DNA of 64,000 nucleotides from an uncultured delta proteobacterium (GTDB lineage Bacteria; Desulfobacterota; Zymogenia; Zymogenales; Zymogenaceae), in contig CAWKCL010000007.1 in assembly GCA_963848155.1 (NCBI GenBank), forward strand, positions 431,002-495,001, read 5' to 3'. Shown here one piece after another: positions 51,929 to 61,188 of the stretch (position 1 is its first letter; the number at the start of each line of letters is the position of its first letter). The position numbers and the translations under genes are program-made. A model generated the notes under the pieces. That model worked only from the letters and a program-made list of their open reading frames with translations, made no database searches and had not been told where the DNA came from.

Positions 51929-53152
51929 TCAGACGCTCTTCGGCGTCTCCCATATTCCCGCAATCGGGTACCCGCAGAATGCGCACTTTCCCTTCTTGAT
52001 CTTTACCTCGCCAACGAAGTAGCCCATCCGAAAAATAAGCGTCTTCCCACACTTCGGGCAGTAGGTGGACTCGTATTTATGGCCCGGGACGTTGCCGATA
52101 TAGACGTATTCGAGGCCGGCCTTTCGGGCGGCGGTATGCGCGGCCTCGAGCGTCTCTACCGGCGTGCTCGGGAGGTTGGTGAGCTTATACATCGGGGTGA
52201 ACCGGGAAAAATGGAGCGGCGTTTCCTTGCCGACCTTGTCCCTGATCCATACGCACATCTTCGTGATCGTCGAGATGTCATCGTTTCTGGTGGGAACCAC
52301 GAGCGTCGTAATCTCCACGTGGACGCCGGCCTTCTTGTAACCCACAATCGAGTTGAGCACCGGCGCGAGCCTCCCCTCGCTCATCGACGAATAATAGTCC
52401 TCGGAAAATCCCTTGAGGTCAATGTTGGCCGCCGTCATGTATTTGGAAAGCTCGGCCCGCGGCCCGGGGTTGATATACCCGTTTGAATGCATGACATTGA
52501 TCAAGCCGGCCTTTTTGACGGCCCTGGCGCAGTCCAGCATGTATTCGTAAAAGATCGTCGGCTCCACGTAGGTGTAGGCGACGCTGGCGGACCTCGACGA
52601 CACGGCCTCCCTTGCCAGCGCCGCCGGGCTAAGCCGGTAATTATCGGTGTTTTCCGGCCGGGCCTGGGAGATGTCGTAGTTCTGGCAGAATTTACAGGTG
52701 AGGTTGCAGCCGGCGGTGGCAATGGAATAGGACGTCGTCCCGGGAAGGCAATGAAAGAAGGGCTTTTTTTCTATGGGGTCGACGTGGATTGCGCAGGGGT
52801 TGCCCCACACGAGGCTGTAGTATTTCCCCTTCCTGTTCTCCCTGACCTCGCAGTATCCCCGTTTGCCGTCGGCCACCGTACACCCCCGGGGACAGAGAAG
52901 GCACATTACCGTTCCGTTGCCCAGCGGGGTGTAGAGTGGGGATTCCTTCGGCAGCATGTAACCCCGTTCGGGATACCCCATCTCGTCGCTGCCGTCGGAC
53001 GTCCCGATCGGCTCGGCGCAGGCCGAAAGCGGCAGGCCCGCGGCGCAATACCCCAGGGCGCAAACCGATACCCCCGCCAGGAATTCCCGCCGGGAAAACC
53101 CCCTCCCTGTTCGGCCGTTTCGATCCTCTTTACCCTTTCCAACCCCGTCCAC
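51929..53152 (-). CDS. amrS: AmmeMemoRadiSam system radical SAM enzyme (AmrS, PflA-like activase family) with an N-terminal twin-arginine-like signal
   Basis: Core MCLLCPRGCTV...GYCEVR...VDPIEKKPFFH...CNLTCKFCQN (CxxxCxxC). A 55-aa N-terminal extension contains SRREFLAGVSVCALGYCAAGLPLSACA. Confidence 0.85.
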   Translation of the reverse strand: MDGVGKGKEDRNGRTGRGFSRREFLAGVSVCALGYCAAGLPLSACAEPIGTSDGSDEMGYPERGYMLPKESPLYTPLGNGTVMCLLCPRGCTVADGKRGYCEVRENRKGKYYSLVWGNPCAIHVDPIEKKPFFHCLPGTTSYSIATAGCNLTCKFCQNYDISQARPENTDNYRLSPAALAREAVSSRSASVAYTYVEPTIFYEYMLDCARAVKKAGLINVMHSNGYINPGPRAELSKYMTAANIDLKGFSEDYYSSMSEGRLAPVLNSIVGYKKAGVHVEITTLVVPTRNDDISTITKMCVWIRDKVGKETPLHFSRFTPMYKLTNLPSTPVETLEAAHTAARKAGLEYVYIGNVPGHKYESTYCPKCGKTLIFRMGYFVGEVKIKKGKCAFCGYPIAGIWETPKSV

Positions 53153-53155
53153 GGT

Positions 53156-54655
53156 CTACTCCTCCGAGAAAGCTTCCGTCGTGAAGATATAGAGCTGGGC
53201 GTCCTTCTCTTTCCAGTCGTTCGGAAGGAGACCGGCCTTCACGCAGAGCTTTTCGAGGTACTCGTTGAGGGTCCACCCCTGCTGGACGGGAACCTCGGGA
53301 AGAAAGAGGGCACCTCCGTATCCTTTACGGATGACCGCCCCGTGCGTCCCGATAACGATCTCGTTGACACTCTTAATCGGTTTGAGTTCCGACAACACGG
53401 AGACCTCAATAGTGATATCTTTGAGCTCCGCTTTCGTCACCGGGTCGTCAGAGAATCGCAAGTCATGGACTGCCTTAAGGGCGCCAAAGGATACCGCTTC
53501 GTACAGGGGAAAGACTAGCTCAATAATACCGACGCAACCCCGTAGCTTTCCATCGTTTGTGAGGGTAACGAAAGCGCCGCGGGGCCTCGTAAGGGCCACC
53601 GAATCGCTTGTGAAATCGGGGGTCTCTTTACCCGAGAGTTCGCACTCTATGGTTCTTCGCGCGATCGAAAGGAGCTTCTTCTTATCGGTGGCCGAAAGCC
53701 CCGTTCTGGAATCGTCGCCTTCTCCCGCCGGCGGCCCTCCCCTCGCGTAGACGACCGCCGAGATGTATCCGACAACGGCATCGGTCGTCCCGGTCGCAGT
53801 CCCGCTGTCATCATACTTTGTCACAAGGACCCCCGTGGAGCCGAGGGCCCTGGCCGCGAGGAGCACCGCCACCACCGGCCCCGCCCCGCAGGCTTCCGTC
53901 TTTCGGCCGACGACGGCCTCGTACAGCCCCTTGGCGTCGTTCTTCTCGAGGAATTTCCTGAATACTCCATCAAGCGGGCGCGCTTCCGTGCGTGAATGGT
54001 AGTGCGACAGGTCCGACGAGGCGACGATCAGGACGCGTTTATCGTCGATAGACGCCGCGATCGCCCGCGCCAGCTCCTCGCACGAGGCCAGGCTGGAGCT
54101 TCCCATGACGATGGGGACAATCTTAAAATCACCGAGAACGACCTGAAGGAACGGGACCTCGACCTCCACCGAATGTTCCGGGAGGTGGGGGAGCCCGTTT
54201 TTCGTGATACGCTCGCCGTTCTTTATGATCGAGTCGATCAGATCGGTGTCCGGCGATACGTCGCCCAGAGGGGTACGGTAGGGACCGTCGGCGTATATGG
54301 CCGAGCCGTCAAACGAATAGTGGTGGCTCGGCCCGATTATAATGACGGCGTCGTAGGAGGTGCCGGCAAGGGCCGTGAAACCGGCGGCCGCCGTCGGGCC
54401 CGAATAGATATACCCTGCGTGGGGCACAATGACCGCCAGCGGCCTGCCCGGAACCGTGACTGCCGGCGATTCGGCCAGAAGATCCGTGATCATCGCCCGC
54501 AGGTCCTTCGGATCGCCGGGATAAAAGAGCCCGGCCACCGCAGGTGGCCGGGCTGTCGTCGCGTTGGAAACCTCTTCACCCGACAGGCACGCGGGGGCAA
54601 AAAGGACGAGGATAAAGAACAGGGTTAGCCGAATGGCCTTCGAGTTTCGACCCAT
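53156..54655 (-). CDS. AmmeMemoRadiSam system protein B (Memo-like) fused to protein A (AMMECR1 domain), with an N-terminal signal peptide
   Basis: Memo-like VAGLFYPGD...IVPHAGYIYSG... . C-terminal AMMECR1 motif RGAFVTLTNDGKLRGCVGIIE. N-terminus MGRNSKAIRLTLFFILVLFAPACLSG. Confidence 0.85.
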   Translation of the reverse strand: MGRNSKAIRLTLFFILVLFAPACLSGEEVSNATTARPPAVAGLFYPGDPKDLRAMITDLLAESPAVTVPGRPLAVIVPHAGYIYSGPTAAAGFTALAGTSYDAVIIIGPSHHYSFDGSAIYADGPYRTPLGDVSPDTDLIDSIIKNGERITKNGLPHLPEHSVEVEVPFLQVVLGDFKIVPIVMGSSSLASCEELARAIAASIDDKRVLIVASSDLSHYHSRTEARPLDGVFRKFLEKNDAKGLYEAVVGRKTEACGAGPVVAVLLAARALGSTGVLVTKYDDSGTATGTTDAVVGYISAVVYARGGPPAGEGDDSRTGLSATDKKKLLSIARRTIECELSGKETPDFTSDSVALTRPRGAFVTLTNDGKLRGCVGIIELVFPLYEAVSFGALKAVHDLRFSDDPVTKAELKDITIEVSVLSELKPIKSVNEIVIGTHGAVIRKGYGGALFLPEVPVQQGWTLNEYLEKLCVKAGLLPNDWKEKDAQLYIFTTEAFSEE

Positions 54656-54681
54656 GATCGTAACGTCCCGATGGTTATCGG

Positions 54682-54900
54682 TTAATGACAGCTGCCGCAG
54701 TGTTTCGACCCACAGCTCCCACAGCCGTCGCCCTTCGACGAGGCAACGAACTTATCGCCGCTCTTGACCGCGCAGACCGACATTTGCTTGTTCACCTCCT
54801 TAGAGGCGCACTTGGGGCAGGTAATCTCGGCACTCCTGGACATTACCAGCTCCTCGAACTCGTTGCCGCAGCCCCCGCAGACAAATTCAAATATCGGCAT
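54682..54900 (-). CDS. FmdB-family zinc-ribbon protein
   Basis: MPIFEFVCGGCGNEFEEL...ITCPKCAS pattern and a Cys-rich tail. Confidence 0.7.
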   Translation of the reverse strand: MPIFEFVCGGCGNEFEELVMSRSAEITCPKCASKEVNKQMSVCAVKSGDKFVASSKGDGCGSCGSKHCGSCH

Positions 54901-54903
54901 ATG

Positions 54904-55485
54904 CTACCTCATCGCCCAGGAGCCGTCGCCCCGTTGAATCCACCAGCCCGCGCGCGCCTGATTCTGCCAGCTGTCGGCAAAGAGGCGTTCGATCTGCGGT
55001 ATGGTATCGCCGCCGAGGCCGTTGGCCGACGCGATCTCCTGATAGAGGCGCCTGCGGTCGGCGTTGTCGGCGTCCACCAGTCCCCGGAGGCTGCCTACCG
55101 CGCCGATATCAAGTCCCCCCTGGTTCCTGATCTCCAGGTACCCGCGGTTGGATATCCCGATATTGCCGCCGTTATAGAAGGGCATGAGCTGCGGGAACCG
55201 CCCCTCCATCGAGGAACGGATGGCCCGTATGGCCGGCGTAGAGATATTGATATCGACCTGCGCCCAGGCGCTATCCACCAGCAGACCGGCAAGCCTGAAC
55301 GGAACGGTCAGGCGCCCCTCGGGTTTCGTATCCGTGGCCGGCTCCCCTCCCTTCTTGTATACGTCGTCGACGATCTCATCGGCCGCCTTTCGCACCGCTT
55401 CGGCGGGGAAATATATATTAACCGTGACGCATGCCCCGACGAGCAGCATTACCGTCAAGAGCGCGGGGATTATTTTTCTCATCAT
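54904..55485 (-). CDS. DUF1318 (YdbL-like) periplasmic protein
   Basis: Signal peptide. The C-terminus ...DRRRLYQEIASANG...FADSWQNQARAGWWIQRGDGSW matches the YdbL signature. Confidence 0.6.
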   Translation of the reverse strand: MMRKIIPALLTVMLLVGACVTVNIYFPAEAVRKAADEIVDDVYKKGGEPATDTKPEGRLTVPFRLAGLLVDSAWAQVDINISTPAIRAIRSSMEGRFPQLMPFYNGGNIGISNRGYLEIRNQGGLDIGAVGSLRGLVDADNADRRRLYQEIASANGLGGDTIPQIERLFADSWQNQARAGWWIQRGDGSWAMR

Positions 55486-55575
55486 GGTAATTCCTCCTCT
55501 TGTGGCTCTTTCCTTGGCTCCAGTTTGTTCCTCATTGGACCCGGATTAACTCATGGTCGGCCCCTTGTTCGGCGC

Positions 55576-58209
55576 CTACTTGGTCTCAATCCTGATATCT
55601 TCGGTATCCTTTACGTTTATCCGCTCCAGCCGCCGCATCATATCGTCAAAACGGATCAGGTTGTTGGGGTTTTGATTGATTACGTTGATGCCGGTAAAGC
55701 CGCTGCGCTTGATGAAATACTCGGTGTCGCCTTCGTGAATCATACCCCTGAGGGTAAAATAGTCGTTCTTGAGCTCGAGGTGAATGCCGATCGCCGAATA
55801 GTTATACTCATGGACAAATCGGTTAAGGCCCGTACGGAGCAGCCCCGAAAACAGGGTCGATCCCGATCCGAGGATGGTCAGTTTATCGACGAATTCGACG
55901 CTGACGCGCTTTTCCACTCCCCGTCTATCGACCGTCCTGATATCAAATACGAATCTCTCCGGCCCCCCGTAGGAGAAAATAAGACCGGAAATTCCGCCTT
56001 CGGCGATCCCGGTAACCCTGCCCACGTCGATCGTTTGGGTCAGCGCTCCGAGGTCGATATCGGCAAACGTCACGTCACACCCGATCCTTCGTCCCGCATC
56101 AAAGATATCCTGACCCCAAATGTTGTCGATGCGTATGGCTCCATTAAATATTTTAGCAGTAAGGGTGCCCGAAGTAAACAGCTTTTTTTCCTCGATGCCG
56201 ACCTCCGCGAGCTCGCCGGTGAGTTCGCCCTTCAGATTGACGAGCTTTTCCTTCGGGAAGATCGCCGCGATATCGATTCCTTTCACGGCCAGCGACAGGC
56301 GCATCGTTCTGTTTTCGTCGAATATATTTTCCGCCCGAACTCCACCGATCGTTACAGAGCCGCCGGCTGCCGAAACCACGACTGTATCCTTCAGGGCAAA
56401 GGCGTTTTTCTTGAGCGCCGGTAATAACGTCACCGCCCCGATATCGACCCCGCCCAGCATCGCGTGGGAAACGGTTACCTCCCCGAAGTCGCCGGGGGTA
56501 AGCTCCGGCGTTGCGTCTTTATTCGACCCGTCGGAAAGGTCGAAGGAAAACGGCATGGAAGCCGAAATCCCCTCGACCTTCGTGTTGATACCGGGGAAAT
56601 CAAGGGTAGAGCCGACGACGTCAAGCCTTCCCGAAACCCGCGGCGCCGCAAGGTTCCCCCCTACCCTGCCGGAGGAATTCAGAGAGCCGGTGACGGCGCC
56701 CGTGTATAGCCAGTCGATGCGGTTCATGAAGTAGTTTCGAAAGAGGATGTCATAGGCCGCCGCCATGTCTCGGACCCTTAAACGGTAGGAAAGATCCCCG
56801 CTCATACCGGAGCGCCCGGAATCGAGATCCCCAAAAACGTCCGCCGAGAGGACCGAGGGTATCGATACTTCGCCCATAAGATCCTTAACGCCTCCGTCGT
56901 TTTTCAGCCGGCCCGATGCCTTGACGGAGATCCGGCGTTTTTCGAAATTGACGAAGAGGCCCGAGAGGAGGAGCCCGAAATCATGGGCGGTGAGCTCGCC
57001 GTTAAAGAAGAATCCCTCCCTGATATCGTCCCTGAACTGAATCCGCGCCGACCCGGTAATACCCTGGCCCATGTAGCCCGAATCGGGAGACGAGAATCCC
57101 GCATTGACGAGATCGACTTCGAGATTGCCGGTAACGCTCCTGTCACCCGCATCGACCGTCCCCATCGTCAGGAGGCTTTTCGCCCTCCCCGTGATCCCCC
57201 ACCCGGCAAGGAATTCGGGCACATAGTCCCCGAGCCGGCGGAGGTTCGCAGACGAGAGCGTCAGGGAATCCGCCTCCGACGTAACTTTCCATTCTCCGTT
57301 ATTTTCGACCGTAAGATTCAGCAATACGTCACCAAACCGGGGCACCGAGAGGGCCGCGTCTCTCAGTATAAAGGCGCCGTCGCTTTCTTTCTCCATCTCG
57401 CCCGTGGCCGTAATCCCGTCCAGCATAAGGCCGCGCCCCTCCGCGGCTATCGAAAGGCCGTCGATCGAGACGTCCGTCGCTTTGACGGTACCAGGGTCAA
57501 ACCGTATGTGCGCCGCAACGTGTTCGCCCGCGAACGTAAAGTTCCCGATCCGATACCCCGACTCTCCCATCCTGACCGTACCCCGTGCAGAAACGTCCGG
57601 ATAGGTTCCCATAATACGCATCCGGGCGTAAAACGGCCCATCGAGCAGCGGGCCTTTGCTTATCCCTTCCGTCCGCGCCGATCCGGCAACCGTGAGGGAC
57701 GCGCCCACGATACCGTGCTCGTAGCTCATATCTATGCCCTTGAAGACGTAGCGCCCGGACGTGCCGATGAGGAGGAGTTCACCGTTTTCGACGGTGATAT
57801 CCAGCTCCATCATCCTCTGGATGAGACGCTCCCCGTCGCCTCCACCCTTACGTGATACGTCCAGGGATATCGAAGGATTGCGGACGGTGATTTTTTTTAT
57901 TTTTAGTGGGGTTCTTAAGCCGAGGCGAAACTCCAGTACCGCCGGGCCGGAAGAAAAGACGACCGGGCCGGTCACCAGGTCCATGCCTTCCACGATTATC
58001 GCGCCGGGAGAAACCAGCCGTATCCCGGTCAGATACACCCGGTAGCCGACGGTTCGTTCGACGACACGCCTGACCGCGTCGCCGATCAGTTCGTCTCCGA
58101 AATAGTAGTAGAAGACCGATATCGCCGTTAGCGACCCGAAGAAAACGGTCAGACAGCAGATCCAGATGATCCGGGCAAGGCGGGTCTTTTTCAGTAACCT
58201 CCTGGACAT
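55576..58209 (-). CDS. YdbH-like AsmA-family protein (large periplasm-spanning, putative phospholipid transport)
   Basis: 877 aa (E. coli YdbH is 879 aa). N-terminal TM anchor, long beta-rich body, followed by the DUF1318 gene as in the ydbH-ynbE-ydbL locus. Confidence 0.65.
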   Translation of the reverse strand: MSRRLLKKTRLARIIWICCLTVFFGSLTAISVFYYYFGDELIGDAVRRVVERTVGYRVYLTGIRLVSPGAIIVEGMDLVTGPVVFSSGPAVLEFRLGLRTPLKIKKITVRNPSISLDVSRKGGGDGERLIQRMMELDITVENGELLLIGTSGRYVFKGIDMSYEHGIVGASLTVAGSARTEGISKGPLLDGPFYARMRIMGTYPDVSARGTVRMGESGYRIGNFTFAGEHVAAHIRFDPGTVKATDVSIDGLSIAAEGRGLMLDGITATGEMEKESDGAFILRDAALSVPRFGDVLLNLTVENNGEWKVTSEADSLTLSSANLRRLGDYVPEFLAGWGITGRAKSLLTMGTVDAGDRSVTGNLEVDLVNAGFSSPDSGYMGQGITGSARIQFRDDIREGFFFNGELTAHDFGLLLSGLFVNFEKRRISVKASGRLKNDGGVKDLMGEVSIPSVLSADVFGDLDSGRSGMSGDLSYRLRVRDMAAAYDILFRNYFMNRIDWLYTGAVTGSLNSSGRVGGNLAAPRVSGRLDVVGSTLDFPGINTKVEGISASMPFSFDLSDGSNKDATPELTPGDFGEVTVSHAMLGGVDIGAVTLLPALKKNAFALKDTVVVSAAGGSVTIGGVRAENIFDENRTMRLSLAVKGIDIAAIFPKEKLVNLKGELTGELAEVGIEEKKLFTSGTLTAKIFNGAIRIDNIWGQDIFDAGRRIGCDVTFADIDLGALTQTIDVGRVTGIAEGGISGLIFSYGGPERFVFDIRTVDRRGVEKRVSVEFVDKLTILGSGSTLFSGLLRTGLNRFVHEYNYSAIGIHLELKNDYFTLRGMIHEGDTEYFIKRSGFTGINVINQNPNNLIRFDDMMRRLERINVKDTEDIRIETK

Positions 58210-58380
58210 GCGCCTTCGTTTCCCTCTTGATCGTTGGTTACGGGTCTTTTGATATCAGGATAAGCCGTGTTCGCCCCGGTTCGTGTGACGAAAATCACAG
58301 CGCAACGGGGACTTTTTTTGTATTGTTATACTATATGAATCATGTACGATAGCGTAATCAACGGCATACGAGGAACAGCC

Positions 58381-58644
58381 ATGAAAAAGACGATCATGAT
58401 TCTTGTGTTTCTTGCCCTTACCACGACGTTGCTGGGATGCATCGGGTACGGCGTCATCACCCACGGCGGATATGCGGTCTACCTGACCGACGGCTCCGAA
58501 TACCATAACGTCTTGTGGTACAAGAGCAGGACTGAAGGCGTGGCCCTGTCGGAGCATCCCACCGGGACGGTCATGTTCCTGACCCAGGAGTACGGCCTCG
58601 TTGAGGTGCCATGGGCCAACGTGGTGAAAATCCAGACCGAATAA
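58381..58644 (+). CDS. Small lipoprotein, function unknown
   Basis: MKKTIMILVFLALTTTLLGC lipobox. Confidence 0.5.
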   Translation: MKKTIMILVFLALTTTLLGCIGYGVITHGGYAVYLTDGSEYHNVLWYKSRTEGVALSEHPTGTVMFLTQEYGLVEVPWANVVKIQTE

Positions 58645-58729
58645 AGGGCTCCGATACCGGACATATGCCATGCCGCCCTGCCTCTACCCGGCAAACCGGG
58701 AGATGACTGCCGGCACCCGGCATAAGGGG

Positions 58730-60534
58730 CTACTGCGCCGCCTGAGTGATGACGCCTGAGACGAACCTGCCGTCGAGCGCGTCTCTATCGGGCACGTGCG
58801 TCATTTCGCCGACAAAATCCGCAAGGGTATCGCTGACGAATTTTACGGACGCGCCTCTGATTCTCTCGTCGCCGCATTCAGGTATTCGCCCGACAAATGC
58901 CTCAACGTGGCGGATGATCGTACCGATAATTCCCGGGTTTTCGCGCACCATATCATAGAAACGACCCAGCTCTTCATTGGAAAGCGGGACGACCTCCCAT
59001 TCACCCCCGAGGCACCCCCGCACACACGCCGTCATAAAGATATGTTCAAGTCCCCAGCCATGGGTCTTCGCGTTGCCTATCAGCCACGGCCTGATATCTT
59101 CGGGGATGTTCACGATCTCACGGATGAGATGGACCCGGGCCGAGAGCTCCGTCATGAAGCCCGCGGACGCCGCCAGGTCGTCTATCGACCTGAAATTTCT
59201 ATAGCTATGCGCGCCGCCGGAGATCGCCTCATAGAAAAGGGGTTTTCCGGCCAAAAGGCCCTCGACAACGCTGCGGGCGAAATCCCCCCAGAATACCGGC
59301 TCGATGATCGACGAGAGTTCCCTCACGAGAACCTCGTTTCGTTTTCTTTCGGCCAGCGCGAGCGTATAACCCAGCCGGAACAGCTCCACCAGATAGACAT
59401 CCCGGATCGTCCGCTTTGCCTCATCGTAGTGCGCTGCCCCCGTAAGGTACTCCAAACCGAGATTGATATAATCCCTGGTCATTTGCGCAGATGATACCAA
59501 CTCCTCCACGTCAGAAAGGTCCATCCCCGAGGCCGCCACTACCTTATGTACCAGGTACGAAAGCTCCCACAATAGATGAGCGGCGCGGTCGTCGTCGGCC
59601 ACCTCTCCCATGAGCTCCTCGAAGAAACCGCCGGTCTTTCTGGGTATGAGCCAGTAATGGGGGGGAGTTCGTCGGTCTGACGGTCGTCGAGGTAAATGAC
59701 TTTGGACGACATTGAGCGGATAGTTTCGACGATCTTGGCCGGGTCTTCGAACATGAAGAGATCCCGCGCCTCGCTAAGTTCGGGAAAGCCGATCATCGAC
59801 ATACGTGACGATCTGAGCCGGTAGGCGTCTTCTTCCATAGGAGAGGGCATCTCTCCGATCACCCCTTCCATGATAACGCGGTAATAGTCGGGCTCGTGTT
59901 CAAAAAAACCCATGAGGAGATTCGAGACGAGGTCGAAGTCCAGTTCCTCATCTATCGGCCTGAAATAGTAGAGGTTATCGAAGCTGAACCATCCTCCGTC
60001 GGTAAATTCGAGCGGGTCTTGATCGAGGTTCCTGGGCACTGCCTCGATGATACCCTTAAAAAAGAGTATCACAAGCGGCTCATCGAGCATAAAGAGACTC
60101 TTGGTAAGGACCCGCTCCCCGCCTTCCGCAAGAAGCTGAAGCCATTCCATGAACTTGCCGAAATCTATGCGATCCCGCTTCCAGATATCCATATCCAGGA
60201 GTTGGACGATCTTCTCCGGAGAGGTCATTTCAAGGATAATGGCCGCATCCGTTCCCCACGATTCCTTCACCGTTAGATATATTTCCTGCGGGGAGAGCTT
60301 TTTCAGGAGCTTGAGCGGATCGGGAGACGAGATGATGAGGTGGGCCTTTGTCCTGACAGGCGATCTCTGGATAAGGCGGAGCCGATCCTCAAACGAGAGG
60401 GCCGTGAGATCGCGCTCCGTCAGGCGCTCGCCCGCGAGCGTTCGATCAAGGAGGTTGTTAAGGCCGTGGGCCGGTATCAGATCGTTCATTTTTTCAATTA
60501 TATCAGAGGATTGCGCAAAAGGAAAGTTAATCAT
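58730..60534 (-). CDS. Large conserved hypothetical protein (about 600 aa), in two overlapping frames (switch about 59539..59611)
   Basis: ORFs 59539..60534 and 58730..59611 overlap in different frames and read as one continuous soluble protein. No recognised domain. Confidence 0.45.
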
Positions 60535-60775
60535 TTACTTCTCCGATAAGATTAGATAGTATCTGGCGTATCTCACCCGTCACGGTCAGCGATCGTATGA
60601 ATACCGCATATACCATGAGGTACGGGACGCTTCGCGTTTACCGTTATCAACGACGGGAAAGACAAGTATAGTTCCGGCCCGGTGGTGGGCCGATCGGGAC
60701 GGTTCTTAGCCGCCGATGACGTCCGCGCAACAAGCGGTTTAGTTGGCGACTAGTATATACTAACGGGGATCGGTA

Positions 60776-61153
60776 ATGCTCAACTCGGTTCTTCTGTACG
60801 CGGGGTCAATCATTATAACGGTCTGGGGGATCGCGCATATCATCCCGACCAGGGGAGTCATCGCGGGCTTCGGCAAGCTTTCCCGGGACAATGCCCGGAT
60901 CATCACGATGGAATGGATCGCCGAGGGGTTGACGCTGGTCTTTATCGGGGCGTTGACGCTGGCCGTCACCCTTATCGCGGGCAGGCGCGACCCGGGGGCG
61001 ATAGTCGTCTATCGAGGGTGCGCGCTGATGCTCGCGGTCATGGCGGGGCTGACGCTTGCCACCGGCGCCCGGACGAAGATTATCCCCATCAAGGTCTGTC
61101 CCTTCGTAAAGGCCGCCGTGGCGGTCCTTTTTGTCGTGGGAAGCGTGGGGTAA
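60776..61153 (+). CDS. Small integral membrane protein (4 TM helices), unknown function
   Basis: 125 aa, hydrophobic throughout. Confidence 0.45.
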   Translation: MLNSVLLYAGSIIITVWGIAHIIPTRGVIAGFGKLSRDNARIITMEWIAEGLTLVFIGALTLAVTLIAGRRDPGAIVVYRGCALMLAVMAGLTLATGARTKIIPIKVCPFVKAAVAVLFVVGSVG

Positions 61154-61188
61154 GCGGCTCCGGCGCTCGATCGATGCCCGGTCCCGGC

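Noticed and set aside
52487-53518. 343-aa plus-strand ORF
   Set aside because: Antisense to the amrS/amrBA junction. No support.
54685-56424. 579-aa plus-strand ORF
   Set aside because: Antisense to the FmdB, DUF1318 and YdbH genes. Arg/Gly/Pro-rich.
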